A stretch of 64,000 nucleotides of DNA from NCBI GenBank assembly GCA_963752585.1, contig CAVVYV010000008.1, positions 552,197 to 616,196 on the forward strand, given 5' to 3'. The translations under genes were made by a program, and so were the position numbers. Shown here piece by piece: positions 9,528 through 19,600 of this stretch (the stretch's first letter is position 1; every line of letters starts with the position of its first letter). The notes beneath the pieces were generated by a model. It did not search any database. It saw only the letters and a list, made by a program, of their open reading frames with translations, and was not told the origin of the DNA. This DNA comes from an uncultured Solirubrobacterales bacterium (GTDB lineage: Bacteria; Actinomycetota; Thermoleophilia; Solirubrobacterales; 70-9).

Positions 9528-10354
9528 CCGCCGCCTCCGGCGAGCGCCCGCAGCGCCCGCTGCCTGAGCTCCGCGAACTCGGCCGAGGTGACCGCGGCGT
9601 CGCGATCGCGCTCGCGCGGCGCCGGCACCTCGAGCTCCGCGGCCACCCGTCCCGGCCGCGGGGTGAGCACCGCGACCCGGTCGGAGAGGTAGAGCGCCTC
9701 CTCGACGTCGTGGGTGACGAGGAGGACGGTGTGCCGGTCGCCCGCGAGGACCCCGGCGAGCCACTCCTGCATCTCGGCCCGGGTGATCGCGTCGAGCGAG
9801 GCGAAAGGCTCGTCGAGGAGCAGCAGCGGGCGGCCGGCGATCAGGGTGCGGAGGAAGGCGACCCGCTGGCGCATCCCGCCGGAGAGCTCGTCGGGGCGGG
9901 CGAGCTCGAAGCCACCCAGCCCGAGCCGCTCGAACAGCGGCGCCGCCTGCCTGCGAGCCTCCGCGCGCGAGCCGCCGGCGACCCGGGCCGCGAGCCCGGC
10001 GTTGTCGATCGCGTTCAGCCAGGGAAGCAGGAGGTCTCGCTGGGGCATGTAGGCGCTCAGCGCGAGGCGGTCCTCGGCGGCGGCCGCGACCCCGATCGAG
10101 ATCGACCCCGCATCGGGCTCCCGCAGCCCCGCGACGAGCTCGAGCAGGGTGGTCTTGCCGCAGCCCGAGGGTCCGACGATCCCGAGCACCTCGGCCGGGG
10201 CGGCGGCCAGGCCGACCCGTCGAGCGCGCGCAGCGAGCCGAAGGAGTGGCTCACGGCCCTGATCGCGACCCCGGCGCCAGCGGCACCGGACCCGTTCGCG
10301 CCCGCCGGCGGCAACCGGGTCTTCGATGTCTGAGGGGCGAGATCTGGTCAGCAT
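9524..10354 (-). pseudogene. ABC transporter ATP-binding protein (ThiZ-like), 1-2 frameshifts in the N-terminal region
   Basis: Walker A GPSGCGKTT, signature LSGGMRQRV and Walker B LLLLDEPF are present. The N-terminal strand VAIRAVSHSFGSLRALDG lies in another frame (ORF 10057..10314) and rejoins near 10217. ATG 10354 sits directly after the riboswitch AGGGAGC; TTG 10314 is an alternative start. Confidence 0.85.
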
Positions 10355-10450
10355 GCTCCCTCCGCGCGCATTACCGCACAGGTTCGAAGGGTCAGCGCCG
10401 GGTGGGTAGTGCGCTATCTCAGCCCGCTTGCCCGCGAGCCCCCCTGTTCG
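10355..10450 (-). promoter_or_regulatory. TPP (thiamine pyrophosphate, THI-box) riboswitch controlling the ABC operon
   Basis: The minus strand reads ...GGGGGGCUCGCGGGCAAGCGGGCUGAGAUAGCGCACUACCCACCCGGCGCUGACCCUUCGAACCUGUGCGGUAAUGCGCGCGGAGGGAGC-AUG. It carries the conserved CUGAGA, ACCC and GAACCUG...GGUAAUGC...GCG.AGGGA elements. The SD-like GGAGGGAG is part of the 3' helix. A TAGACT -10-like hexamer lies at 10461-10466. Confidence 0.85.
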
Positions 10451-10489
10451 CTTGGGCCTCAGTCTAAGGGGCGCTAGCTTCCGCTCGGG

Positions 10490-10956
10490 ATGGAGGTCGA
10501 GCGAAAGTTCCGGCTCCGGCAGCCCCCCGACCTCTCCGGCAGCGACTTCCGACCCGATCGAGCAGGGCTACCTCGCGGTCGGGCGCTGAGGGCGAGGTTC
10601 GCCTCCGCAGGAAGGGGGAGCAGACGCTGCTGACCGTGAAGCGGGGCGCCGGCCTCTCCCGGCGCGAGGCGGAGGTCGAGATCAGCCCAGAGCAGTTCGA
10701 TGCGCTCTGGCCGCTGACCGAGGGCCGGCGCCTGCGGAAGCGCCGCCACGTGCTCCCGCACGACGGTCTCGAGATCGAGGTGGACTCTACGAGGGCGAGC
10801 TCGAGGGCCTGATCGTGGCCGAGGTCGAGTTCGAATCCGAGGAGCAGGCGCGGACGCTTCGAGCCGCCCGCCTGGCTCGGCGACGAGGTCACCGGCGACG
10901 AGCGCTTTCTCAACGAGAGCCTCGCGGTGAATGGGCTGCCCAGCGCTCTCGCATAA
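10490..10956 (+). pseudogene. CYTH-domain protein (CyaB/ThTPase-type triphosphate tunnel enzyme), about 4 frameshifts
   Basis: MEVERKFRL (ExExK signature)...|IEQGYLAVG|AEGEVRLRRKGEQTLLTVKRGAGLSRREAEVEISPEQFDALWPLTEGRRLRKRRH...EIEVD|LYEGELEGLIVAEVEFESEEQART|FEPPAWLGDEVTGDERFLNESLA...*. Shifts lie near 10554, 10583, 10785 and 10857. TAA at 10954-10956. Confidence 0.8.
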
Positions 10957-11019
10957 TCCCCGGCGCTCACACCGTTTTCACATCCGGCCCCGTTTCCCCG
11001 GCTATCCACTGGGAAGCAG

Positions 11020-11962
11020 ATGAAGGTGACCAGCGACTCGACGGCCTACAGGCTTCTCGAGGGCGAGCCCCTCGGCAACGGGATCAAGCGGATGGTCCTC
11101 GCCAGGGTCGACAACGCGCTCGCCGAGCTCCGGGACGAGACCGAGAGCACCCCGGCGGAGGCGATCCACGAGGCGCGCAAGGACATGAAGAAGATCCGCT
11201 CGGCGATTCGCCTGGTTCGCGACGCGCTCGGCGACGACCTCTACCGGCGCGAGAACCAGCACTACCGCGACATCGGCCGGGAGCTCAGCGGCCTTCGCGA
11301 CGCCGAGGTCCTGGTCGAGACGCTCGAGTGCGCTGGCGGAGCGCTTCGGCCCCGCCCAGGACGAGCGTTACTCCGGCCTCAGGGAGCGCTTCCAGCAGAG
11401 AGCTGGAGGAGACGGCGCGAGGACGGATCCCAGGAGCGGGAGATGGCGACCGCCGCCGCCGCGCTCACCGCCGGCCGCGGCCGGGTCGAGACCTGGCCGC
11501 TCGAGGGCGACGAATGGGAGCTGATCGCGCCCGGGATCCATCGGAGCTACCGCCGGGGGCGAAAGCGCCTGCGCGAGGTCGAGGAGCGGGTCGAGCGACG
11601 AGACCCTCCACGAGTGGCGGAAGCGCGCCAAGGACCTCTGGTACCAGCTGCGGCTGATCCGGGACGCCGAGCCCGAGCTGATCGGCACGCTTGCCGCCCA
11701 GGTCCACGACCTCTCCGACCACCTCGGCGACGACCACGACCTGGTGCTGCTCCGCGAGCAGGCCCAGCGGCGGCGCGAGGACTTCGCCGAGGCCGGCGAC
11801 CAGCGCCTGCTCCTCGAGCTGATCGACCAGCGCCGGGGCGAGCTCCAGTTCGCGGCCAGCTCGCTCGGCGAGCGGATCTACTCGGAGAAGCCGAAGAGGT
11901 TCACAAAGAGCCTGGAGACGCGCTGGAAGCTCTGGCGCAAGCGCGAGCCTGTCACCGCCTAG
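11020..11962 (+). pseudogene. CHAD-domain protein (polyphosphate-granule-associated family), about 3 frameshifts
   Basis: ...EAIHEARKDMKKIRSAIRLVRD...LSGLRDAEVLVETLE|ALAERFGPAQDERYSGLRERFQQ...|...IHRSYRRGRKRLREVEERVE|DETLHEWRKRAKDLWYQLRLIRD...HDLVLLRE...; the repeated HxxRKxxKxLRY-type helices are typical of CHAD. Shifts lie near 11330, 11400-11420 and 11596. TAG at 11960-11962. Confidence 0.8.
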
Positions 11963-13311
11963 GCGGCGACCACCCTTCCGCCCGCGATCACGTTGACGAA
12001 GCTCTCCAGGTGCTTGGTGGTCCAGCACTCGAAGGCTCCGTCGCAGTAGGGCTCGTAGGCGGCCATCACCGAGTCGCCGTAGTTCCAGTAGAGCCGCGGC
12101 TCCGGGTTGAGCCAGAAGGTGCGCCCGGAGCGCTCGGCGATCGTCCCGAAGGTGTCGGCATGCGGCTCGCGGCCGTTGGTGCGGGCGTCGCCGAGGACGA
12201 TCACGGTCGAGCGCGGGCCAAGCTCCTCCGCGATCTCCTCGCGGAACTCGAGCCAGACCCGGCCGTAGTCGGTGTATCCGGACACATCCGCAACACCGCC
12301 CTCAGACGACACTCGCTCGGCGATCCGGCGGAAGTCGCGCTCGTGCTCGAAGATGTCGGTGACCTCGCTGATCCGCTCGATGAAGACGAAGCTGCGCAGC
12401 TTCCGGAACGAGTCGTGGAGGGCGTGTAGCACCGAGAGGAAGAAGACGCTGGCGCTGGAGACCGAGGTCGAGACGTCGCAGAGGACGTAGATCTCGGGGC
12501 GGCGCGGGCGCTTCGGCCGATATCTGAGCCGGAGGGGGACGCCGCCGGTCTCAAGCGATGCGCGCATCGTCCGCCGGACGTCGACCACCCGGCCCTTGCG
12601 CCTGCCCCGCTGCTCGTGGCCGAGGGTGGCGATCCGGCGCTTCAGCTGCGCCACCGCCCGGTGCACCGCCGCAAGGTCTTGGGCGGGGCTGGTCGGCAGG
12701 GCCCGGTCGAGCTCGGCCAGCGGCCGGGAGGGAGGGAGCTTCCCGGTGCGCTCGATCGTCGCCCGCTCGAGCTCCCGCCGGAGGTGCTGCTCGAAGCGCC
12801 GCACCTGCTCGGGGTCGAGCGGGGCATCCTGCTCGCCGTCGGCACCGCCGCCGCGGGCCTGCAGCCCGAGCGCCCGGCGGATCCGCTGGACGTCGACGCC
12901 GATCACCCCGGAGCGCTCGCCGCGCCGCCCGAAGGCGGTCATCGCCAGCCGCGCCAAGTCGCGCATCTCGCCGTCGTTCCCCGCGGTGATCGCTCGGCGA
13001 ATCGCATCGCGAAGCTCGTCGAGGTCGATCCGCTCGGCGCCGTCGAAGCGCTCGTTCGCCTCCTCCATCTCGAGGGCCTCGGCCTCGGCGGCGCGGAAGA
13101 AGTGGCGCTCGAAGAGCAGCTCGAACACGCGGCGGTCCTCCTGGGACTTGGCGATCGTCGCCGCCAGCGCTTCGCGGAAGTCGCGCTGGTCGGTCCAGGT
13201 GACCTCCTCCAGGGCCTCGAATGCGTCGAGGATCTCTGAGGTGCCGACCGCGACCCCCTCCGAGCGGAGGTCCTCGAAGAAGGCGAGCAGGCTGCCCGCG
13301 GTGGTGGACAT
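11959..13311 (-). CDS. VWA-domain protein, CoxE-like (partner of the MoxR ATPase)
   Basis: ATG 13311 overlaps the MoxR stop (ATGA). The reading MSTTAGSLLAFFEDLRSEGVAVGTSEI...EIYVLCDVSTSVSSAS (MIDAS-like DxSxS)...VIVLGDARTN...FWLNPEPR is intact and lies inside the fused ORF 11959..14283. Confidence 0.85.
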   Translation of the reverse strand: MSTTAGSLLAFFEDLRSEGVAVGTSEILDAFEALEEVTWTDQRDFREALAATIAKSQEDRRVFELLFERHFFRAAEAEALEMEEANERFDGAERIDLDELRDAIRRAITAGNDGEMRDLARLAMTAFGRRGERSGVIGVDVQRIRRALGLQARGGGADGEQDAPLDPEQVRRFEQHLRRELERATIERTGKLPPSRPLAELDRALPTSPAQDLAAVHRAVAQLKRRIATLGHEQRGRRKGRVVDVRRTMRASLETGGVPLRLRYRPKRPRRPEIYVLCDVSTSVSSASVFFLSVLHALHDSFRKLRSFVFIERISEVTDIFEHERDFRRIAERVSSEGGVADVSGYTDYGRVWLEFREEIAEELGPRSTVIVLGDARTNGREPHADTFGTIAERSGRTFWLNPEPRLYWNYGDSVMAAYEPYCDGAFECWTTKHLESFVNVIAGGRVVAA

Positions 13312-14240
13312 CAGGAGCCGGCCGGGGGGCCTCCCGCGACGCCCCCTTCCGCGACCCCCTCCTGGAGCTTCACCGCTACCCGCTCGGCGACCAGGTCGAT
13401 GTCGGAGCGGTGCTTGACGATGATGCTCATCGAGTTCTCGAAGGTCTCGCGGTCGATGTCGTCGGCGCCGACCAGCAGCAGGGTCCGCGCCCAGTCGATC
13501 GACTCGGCGATCGAGGGCGGCTTCTTCAAGTCGAGCTGGCGGATCATGTGGACGATCTCCACCAGACGCCGCGCCAGTCCCTCGTCGAGCTCCGGCGAGT
13601 GGAGCCGGACGATCTCGAGCTCCCGCTCGACCGAGGGGTAGTCGAGCCAGAGGTAGAGGCAGCGGCGCTTCAGCGCCTCGGTCAACTCGCGCGAGTTGTT
13701 CGAGGTCAGGACCACGAGCGGACGGGTGCGGGCCTCGATCACGCCGAGCTCGGGGATCGAGATCTGGAAGTCCGAGAGGACCTCGAGCAGCATCGCCTCG
13801 AACTCCTGGTCGGTCTTGTCGATCTCGTCGATCAGGAGCACCACCGGGTCCTCGGCGCTGATCGCCTCGAGCAGGGGCCGGGTGAGGAGGAAGTCGTCGG
13901 AGAAGATGTCGCCCCGAGCCTGCTCCCAGCCCGCCTGCTCGTCGCCGCCCGACTCGGCCTGGATCCGGAGCAGCTGCTTGCGGTAGTTCCACTCGTAAAG
14001 CGCCTTCGCCTCGTCGAGGCCCTCGTAGCACTGGAGGCGCACGAGGCGGCGCCCGGTCGCCCGCGAGAGCGCCTTCGCCAGCTCCGTCTTCCCGACCCCG
14101 GCGGGGCCCTCCACCAGGACCGGCTTTCCAAGCCGCTGGGCGAGGAACGAGACCAGGGCGCCGGCCTCGTCGGCCAGATAGCCGACCTTCCCCAGGGCCT
14201 CGCGGACCTGGGCGACGGATTGCGGCTGCTCTTCGCTCAT
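13311..14240 (-). CDS. AAA+ ATPase, MoxR family (CoxD-like)
   Basis: Intact 309-aa ORF with Walker A GPAGVGKT, Walker B VLLIDEIDK, and ...ALKRRCLYLWLDYPSVERELEIV... typical of MoxR. Confidence 0.9.
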   Translation of the reverse strand: MSEEQPQSVAQVREALGKVGYLADEAGALVSFLAQRLGKPVLVEGPAGVGKTELAKALSRATGRRLVRLQCYEGLDEAKALYEWNYRKQLLRIQAESGGDEQAGWEQARGDIFSDDFLLTRPLLEAISAEDPVVLLIDEIDKTDQEFEAMLLEVLSDFQISIPELGVIEARTRPLVVLTSNNSRELTEALKRRCLYLWLDYPSVERELEIVRLHSPELDEGLARRLVEIVHMIRQLDLKKPPSIAESIDWARTLLLVGADDIDRETFENSMSIIVKHRSDIDLVAERVAVKLQEGVAEGGVAGGPPAGS

Positions 14241-14263
14241 TTCCCGGATGATAGATACGAGCC

Positions 14264-14491
14264 GTGCTCCCCCTGGCCGACATCCTGCCTCACTCGATCA
14301 GCCCCTACCTGACGCTGATGATCCTCGGCTTCGTCGTCGGCGCCGTCGGCCACACCTACAAGAGCAGGCTCTGGGTCGGAATCGGGATCGCGATGATCTT
14401 CCTCGCAACCCTGCTCCTGCCGCTGGCGGTGATCGCGACCGAGGAGGAGCCGCCCTCGAACCCGCAGATCCTCGCCCCGGGGACGCGCTGA
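14264..14491 (+). CDS. Small membrane protein (2 predicted TM helices)
   Basis: 75-aa ORF with two hydrophobic helices (YLTLMILGFVVGAVG; IGIAMIFLATLLLPLAVIA). Its TGA (14489-14491) overlaps the ATG of the PPK2 gene by 1 nt, suggesting co-translation. Confidence 0.5.
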   Translation: MLPLADILPHSISPYLTLMILGFVVGAVGHTYKSRLWVGIGIAMIFLATLLLPLAVIATEEEPPSNPQILAPGTR

Positions 14492-15259
14492 TGGGCGACC
14501 GCCTCGACTTGCTCGATCTCTCCCAGAAGCTCTCACGGCACGAGGAGGCCCAGCGGCTCGATTCCGCCTGGGAGCGCCTCTCCCAGCTCCGGCTCACCCT
14601 CGGCGGGCTGATCGGCGACAAGGAGCTCGGGCCCCCGGTCTGCGTCATCTTCGAGGGCTGGGACGCATCCGGCAAGGGCGGGGCGATCAAGCGCCTGGTC
14701 GGCCAGCTCGACCCCCGGCACGTCCGGGTGGTCCAGTTCGCCGCCCCCACCCATGACGAGAAGCGCCACCACTTCCTCTGGCGCTTCTGGCCCTCGCTTC
14801 CCGGCTGGGGTGGGATGGCGGTGCTCGACCGCTCCTGGTACGGCCGCGTCCTGGTCGAACGGGTGGAGGGGTTCGCGAGCCGGGAGCAGTGGCTGCGGGC
14901 CTATGACGAGATCAACGCCTTCGAGCGCTCGCTCGCCGACGAGGGCACGATCCTGATCAAGTTCTGGATGCACATCTCAGCCGAGGAGCAGCTGAAGCGG
15001 TTCGAGCGCCGCGAAGAAGAATCCGCTGAAGACCTGGAAGCTGACCGAGGACGACTGGCGAAACCGGGAGAAGCGGGGCGAGTATGAGCAGGCGGTCGAG
15101 GACATGTTCGCCCGCACCGACCACGATCCGCACGCTCGCTGGCACCCGGTCGAGGCCGAGTCGAAGCGCTACGCGCGGGTGAACGTGGTCGAGACCGTGA
15201 TCGCCGAGATCGAGGCCGGGATGCGACGCCACGGGTTCGAGCCGCCGCTCCATCGCTAG
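14491..15259 (+). pseudogene. ppk2: Polyphosphate kinase 2 (PPK2) family protein, 1 frameshift
   Basis: MGDRLDLLDL...VCVIFEGWDASGKGGAIKRL (P-loop)...HFLWRFW...AVLDRSWYGRVLVERV...FWMHISAEEQLKRFERREE|NPLKTWKLTEDDWRNREKRGEYEQAVEDMFARTD...*. The shift lies near 15015. TAG at 15257-15259. Confidence 0.85.
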
Positions 15260-15730
15260 TCCGGTGGCTCAGGCCGTTTAGCCCGCTCGCGCGGGCGCAG
15301 GCGCAGCCCCGCCATCACGATGATGATCGCGCCGCCGAAGGCGACGAAGATCCCGTAGTGGATCTCGTAGGGGTCGTCGATGCCGGCGAGCTGGAAGTCG
15401 GGACGGTCGAACATCCGGTAGAGGACGATCAGCGCCGCCCAGACGCCGGCGGTCACGAACAGCCCCCACTCGCGCAGCGGCCGTGGCGGGACGTAGCCAC
15501 CCCCGCACTCGAGGGCCAAGAAGGTGGTCGCCGCGGCGACCAGGATCAGGGCGCCCTCGGCGAAGCTGAAGGCCCCGAAACCCGTCTGAACCAGGTCGCT
15601 CGAGACCGGCGCCCGGATACCAGGGCAGCAGCATGCTGCCGACGATCGTCGCTGCGCCGAGGAAGGCGATTCGCTCGTTCCCGCCGAGGCCGCGAAGGTC
15701 GCGGACCAGCTGGCGCGACAACCGCCTCAC
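15256..15730 (-). pseudogene. Membrane protein (about 4 TM helices), 1 frameshift; start uncertain
   Basis: ORF 15278..15787 (N-part ...ERIAFLGAATIVGSMLLPWY) joins ORF 15256..15519 (...FGAFSFAEGALILVAAATTFLALECGG...GLFVTAGVWAALIVLY...IFVAFGGAIIIVMAGL) near 15615. Candidate starts are GTG 15730 and ATG 15787. Confidence 0.5.
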
Positions 15731-15764
15731 ATCAAACGGGTCGCGCTGTCGCGCGCCCTCGCGT

Positions 15765-16167
15765 CTAGTCGAGCGGCTGGCGGCCACGGTAGCCCGAGTC
15801 GAGCCGATGCCAGTAGTCGACCTCGTCCTCGCCGAGCTCCCAGCAGAGGTAGACCTCGTCGCCCCCGATCACCGCAGGGAAGTCGAGGAGGCCCCGGTCG
15901 ATGTCGCGGAGGACGATCCCCGATTCTTCGAGGGCCTCGAGCAGCCGCCGAACCTCGAGGAAGGCGACCCCCACCTGGTGGCCCTCCTCGCCGCCGCCAT
16001 TCCCTGCGGCGGCCTCCGAGAGCACCTCATGGACCTCCTCGTCGGTGAGCTGGTCCTTGGCGTCGCGGAGCTGGCGCAGCAGCGGCTTCAGCCGGGGCAG
16101 CAGCGAGTTCGCCTCCTCGCGGGTGAAGTGGCGCTCGTGGAGGAGCTCTGTGCTCCTCCTCGCTCAC
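15765..16167 (-). pseudogene. DUF2203-family protein, 1 frameshift near the 5' end
   Basis: GTG 16167 overlaps the EVE gene stop (GTGA). MSEEEH|ELLHERHFTREEANSLLPRLKPLLRQLRDAKDQL...GIVLRDIDRGLLDFPAVIGGDEVYLCWELGEDEVDYWHRLDSGYRGRQPLD* matches my memory of DUF2203. The shift lies near 16147. Confidence 0.65.
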
Positions 16168-16652
16168 GCCGCGCTCGGGACCGCCGCCGAGAGCCGCTCG
16201 CGGAGCAACTCGGCGTCGGCCTCCCCGATCGTCCGCAGCTGGCCCTGGAAGGCGAGGTGCCAGTGCTCGGCCGGCCACTTGCGGACGTGCTCGAGCTCGG
16301 GGGCGAGCTCCTCGGCGGGGACGAAGTCGTCGGCGGCGAGGACGACGACCGGCTCGGCCTCGACCCGCCAGGGGTAGAGCTCCTTCTTCGCCGGAGCCTT
16401 CCCCGACCGCCGCTTGCTTCCCGGCCAGATCGGGTCCCAGTCCTCGAACATCTCGGAGGTCACCCGGGCGATTGCGCCGAAGGCCTGCACCCCGGTGATG
16501 TAGAAGAAGACCTCGTCGCCGGGCTCGAACGCCTCGGCCTGTCGCCGGCGGCGCTCCTTGAACCCGATCGGGTTGAACCAGCGCGCGACGTTGATCTCGA
16601 AGTTCTCGAGCGATCCGGTGAGGATCCAGCTCTTCGCGTAGTCGGTCGCCAC
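16164..16652 (-). CDS. EVE-domain (PUA-like) protein
   Basis: Intact 162-aa ORF: SWILTGSLENFEINVARWFNPIGFKERRRRQAEAFEPGDEVFFYITGVQAFGAIARVTS...YPWRVEAEPV... fits the stand-alone EVE/PUA-like fold family. Recognition is from memory. Confidence 0.6.
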   Translation of the reverse strand: MATDYAKSWILTGSLENFEINVARWFNPIGFKERRRRQAEAFEPGDEVFFYITGVQAFGAIARVTSEMFEDWDPIWPGSKRRSGKAPAKKELYPWRVEAEPVVVLAADDFVPAEELAPELEHVRKWPAEHWHLAFQGQLRTIGEADAELLRERLSAAVPSAA

Positions 16653-16675
16653 CCCGCGATTCTATGCTGAGAGTC

Positions 16676-19600
16676 TCAGCCCACCAGCTCGCGGGCCCGG
16701 GTCGCCAGGGAGGGGACGTCGAGCGCCTCGTATTCCTCGGCGGCTTCCGCCAGGACCGCCGCCGCGCCCTCGGGGTCCGACTCGGCGAGAAGCCGGCCGC
16801 GCACCAGCAGGCAGCGCGCCGCGTCGAGCGGGCGGCCCAGCTCCCGCCAGCGCCGCCGCGCCTCCTCCATCTGCTCGGCCGCCACAGCCGGATCCTCGGC
16901 GCAGGCGCCGGCGGCCTCGGCCTTGGCGGCGTCGCCGACCGGGTAGTGGATCCGGCCGGCGAGGCGGTCGGCCTCATCGGCCGCGGCTCGAGCCTGATCG
17001 GTGCGCCCCTGCATCGCCAGCACCACCGCGCGGGTCGAGATCGCCTCCACCGATTGGGCGATCAACCCGGCGCGCTCGCAGATGTCGAGCGCCTTCGCCA
17101 GTTCCGTCTCGGCCGCGGCGAGGTCGCCGCTCTCTCGCAGGGTCCAGGCGAGCCACTGAAGGGCGCTGAACGCGACCTCGGAGCGACCGACCTGTTCGCC
17201 GAGCTCGTGGGCGCGGCGGAACGACTTGATCGCTTCATCCCAGCGCCCCTGGCGCCAGGCGAGCACCCCGCGAAGCAGATACGGGAAGCAGAGCTTGCCG
17301 TGCAGGCCCTCCCGTTCGGCGAGCCCCCCGCTGGCCTCCGCCGCGCGCTCGACCTCCTCCCAGTCGGCCTTCTCGGCCGCGAGCTGCCCGAGCGAGGCGT
17401 GGAGCTCCACCTGCGAGGGGAGGTCGCCGACCTCCTGGGCGATCTCGAGCGCCTCGCGGTAGGCCGCTGCCGCCCCGTCGTAGTCGGCCTCGGAGACCTC
17501 GAGGTGGTAGCCGAGAGTGAGCAGGGCGCGCACCGCCTCGGCGCGATCCGATTCGCGCGCGAGGGCGACCGAGCGCTCGAGGTTCTCCCGCGCCTTCTCG
17601 GAGTCGCCGATCCGCCCGAAGACGCGGCCGAAGATCCCGTGCGCGCGGCTCGCGGCGCGCGCCTCGTCGAGGCGCTCGGCCAGTCGCAGCGCCTTCTCGG
17701 ACGCGTAGATCGCGAGCATGTTGTCTCCGGTGTGCATGTAGAGCGAGGCCGCCTCCTCGTAGAGCCGGACCAGCTCGATGCAGGGCGGGCCGTCCTTGAG
17801 CAGGTCGATGCCGCGCTGGTAGTTGTCGATCGAGGCGCGGCGCTCGCCCTTGTGCCAGAGCGCGGCGCCGATCTTCCGGTGGAGGTCGGCGACCCGCGCC
17901 AGGTCCTCCTGGCTGCGCTGGAACTTCAGGCAGCGCTCCCAGACCGAGACCGCGGCGTCGACCCGGCCCATGCGCAGGGCGATGTCTCCCTGCTTCTCGC
18001 CGATCCGGGCGAGGTCGGCCGGGGGAATGGCCTCGGAGAGCTCGAACGCCGCGGTATAGCGCTCGAATGCCTCGGCGTTCGAGTAGAGGACGGCGGCGGC
18101 ATCGCCGGCCGCCTCCAGGGCCTCCAGCGCCCGCGCCTGAAGGTCGGCGAGGGCGTCGGGGTCGAGTCCGGCGTCCGAGCCGAGGGCGGCGGCGCGCGCG
18201 AAGTGCTCGGCGATCAGCCCGATGAAGGCCTCCGCCCGCTCGCCGGCCCGCTCGCGGATGAACTCGCCGACCTCGACGTGCTTGCGGCAACGCACCGACT
18301 TGGGCAGCATCGCGTAGGCGACGTCGCGGATCAGGACGTGCTTGAAGGCGTACTCGCGCTCGCCGGCGAGCCGGCTGCCGGGACTGGGGGCGAGCAGGTC
18401 CTTCTCCTGCAGCGTCGCCAGGGTCCGCTGGAGGTCGAGGCCCTCCTCCGTGGCTGCGCCCTCCAGCGATCCCTCCCAGAAGGTCTGGCCGACGACCGAC
18501 GCGTGGAGGAGCAGCCGCCGCTCGAGTCGCTCGAGCGAGTCGAGCCGGGCGGCGAGCAGCGACTGGACGGTGCTCGGCAGCGCCTCGGCCTCGACCGTGT
18601 CCTCCTCGATCAGGCGATTGACCATCTCCTCGGCGAACAGCGGATTGCCGCCGGACCGGTCGGCGACCTGAGGGACCACGTCACCCCCTCCGTCCTCGGA
18701 GCTTGGCATCAGCGCGGCGACGAGCTCCCGGGTCTCATCGGCGGTCAGGGGCTCGAGCGAGATCGAGGTCGCGTTGCGGCGGCCACCGCCCCAGCCGGGC
18801 CGGCGCTCGAGGAGCTCGTCCCTAGTCAGGCAGACAAGCAGCAGCGGCCCGCGCACCCAGCGGGCGAGGTGGTCGAGCAGGTCGAGCATCCCCTCGTCGG
18901 CCCAGTGGATGTCGTCGATCGCCAGCACCAGCGGGCGGCGCGTCGCGATTCCCTCGATCACCCCACGGGCGGCGGAGAACAGCGCCTCGCGCATCCTCTG
19001 GGGATCGTCGGCGTCGGCGGGCTGCGACTCCTCCGGTGTCTCGATTCCGAGCGGGACGGCGAGCAGGGCCGCGTTGCGCTCGCCGGCATCGGGCTCGCCG
19101 ACCTCGTCCATGAGCGCCTGGACTCCCGAGCGGAGCTTCTCCCACGCCGTCGCCGGCGTGTCGGTGTCGAAGAGCTCGAACTCCTCACGGAGCACCTCGA
19201 CCAGGGCCCAGTAGGCGATCCCAGCGCCGTAGGGCGGACAGTGCCCGCTGCGAATGATCGGTGTTTCGTCGCTCGCCTCGAGGGTGGTGGTGAGCTCGCG
19301 GAGCAGACGCGACTTGCCCACCCCTGCCTGACCGATCACGGTGACCAGGTGGGGCCGCTCCTCGCGCTCCACCCGCTCGACCAGCGAGACCAGCAGCCCC
19401 GCCTCTTCCGCGCGGCCGACCAGGGGGATGGCCGCGCGGGCGGCGCCGTGGCGCGGGTCGGCCAGGGTCGCGGTCGCCTCCCAGGCCGGGACGGGCTCCT
19501 CCTTGCCCTTCAGCCGCAGCGGCTCGAGGCGCTCGTAGGCGATCGCCTCGCGGCTGGCGCGATAGGTGGTGCGCGCCGACGGTGACGGCGTTCGGTCGGC

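Noticed and set aside
8094-9692. 532-aa plus-strand ORF across the ABC transporter genes
   Set aside because: It is antisense to the permease, ATPase and binding-protein genes. It has the same Arg/Gly/Asp-rich junk composition and is a high-GC shadow ORF.
11959-14283. Very long fused ORFs in the track (11959..14283, 31254..33416, 44992..46668)
   Set aside because: Each is a chance read-through joining two different genes: VWA with an out-of-frame reading of MoxR, the hypothetical protein with the hydrolase, and agmatinase with the alpha/beta hydrolase. Internal start/stop overlaps (ATGA at 13311, TTGA at 45951) and domain boundaries show they are separate genes.
16664-19585. 973-aa plus-strand ORF opposite the STAND-TPR gene
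   Set aside because: The minus strand encodes an intact P-loop/TPR protein with clear motifs. The plus-strand product is repetitive Gly/Arg/Leu/Asp sequence with no recognisable domain.
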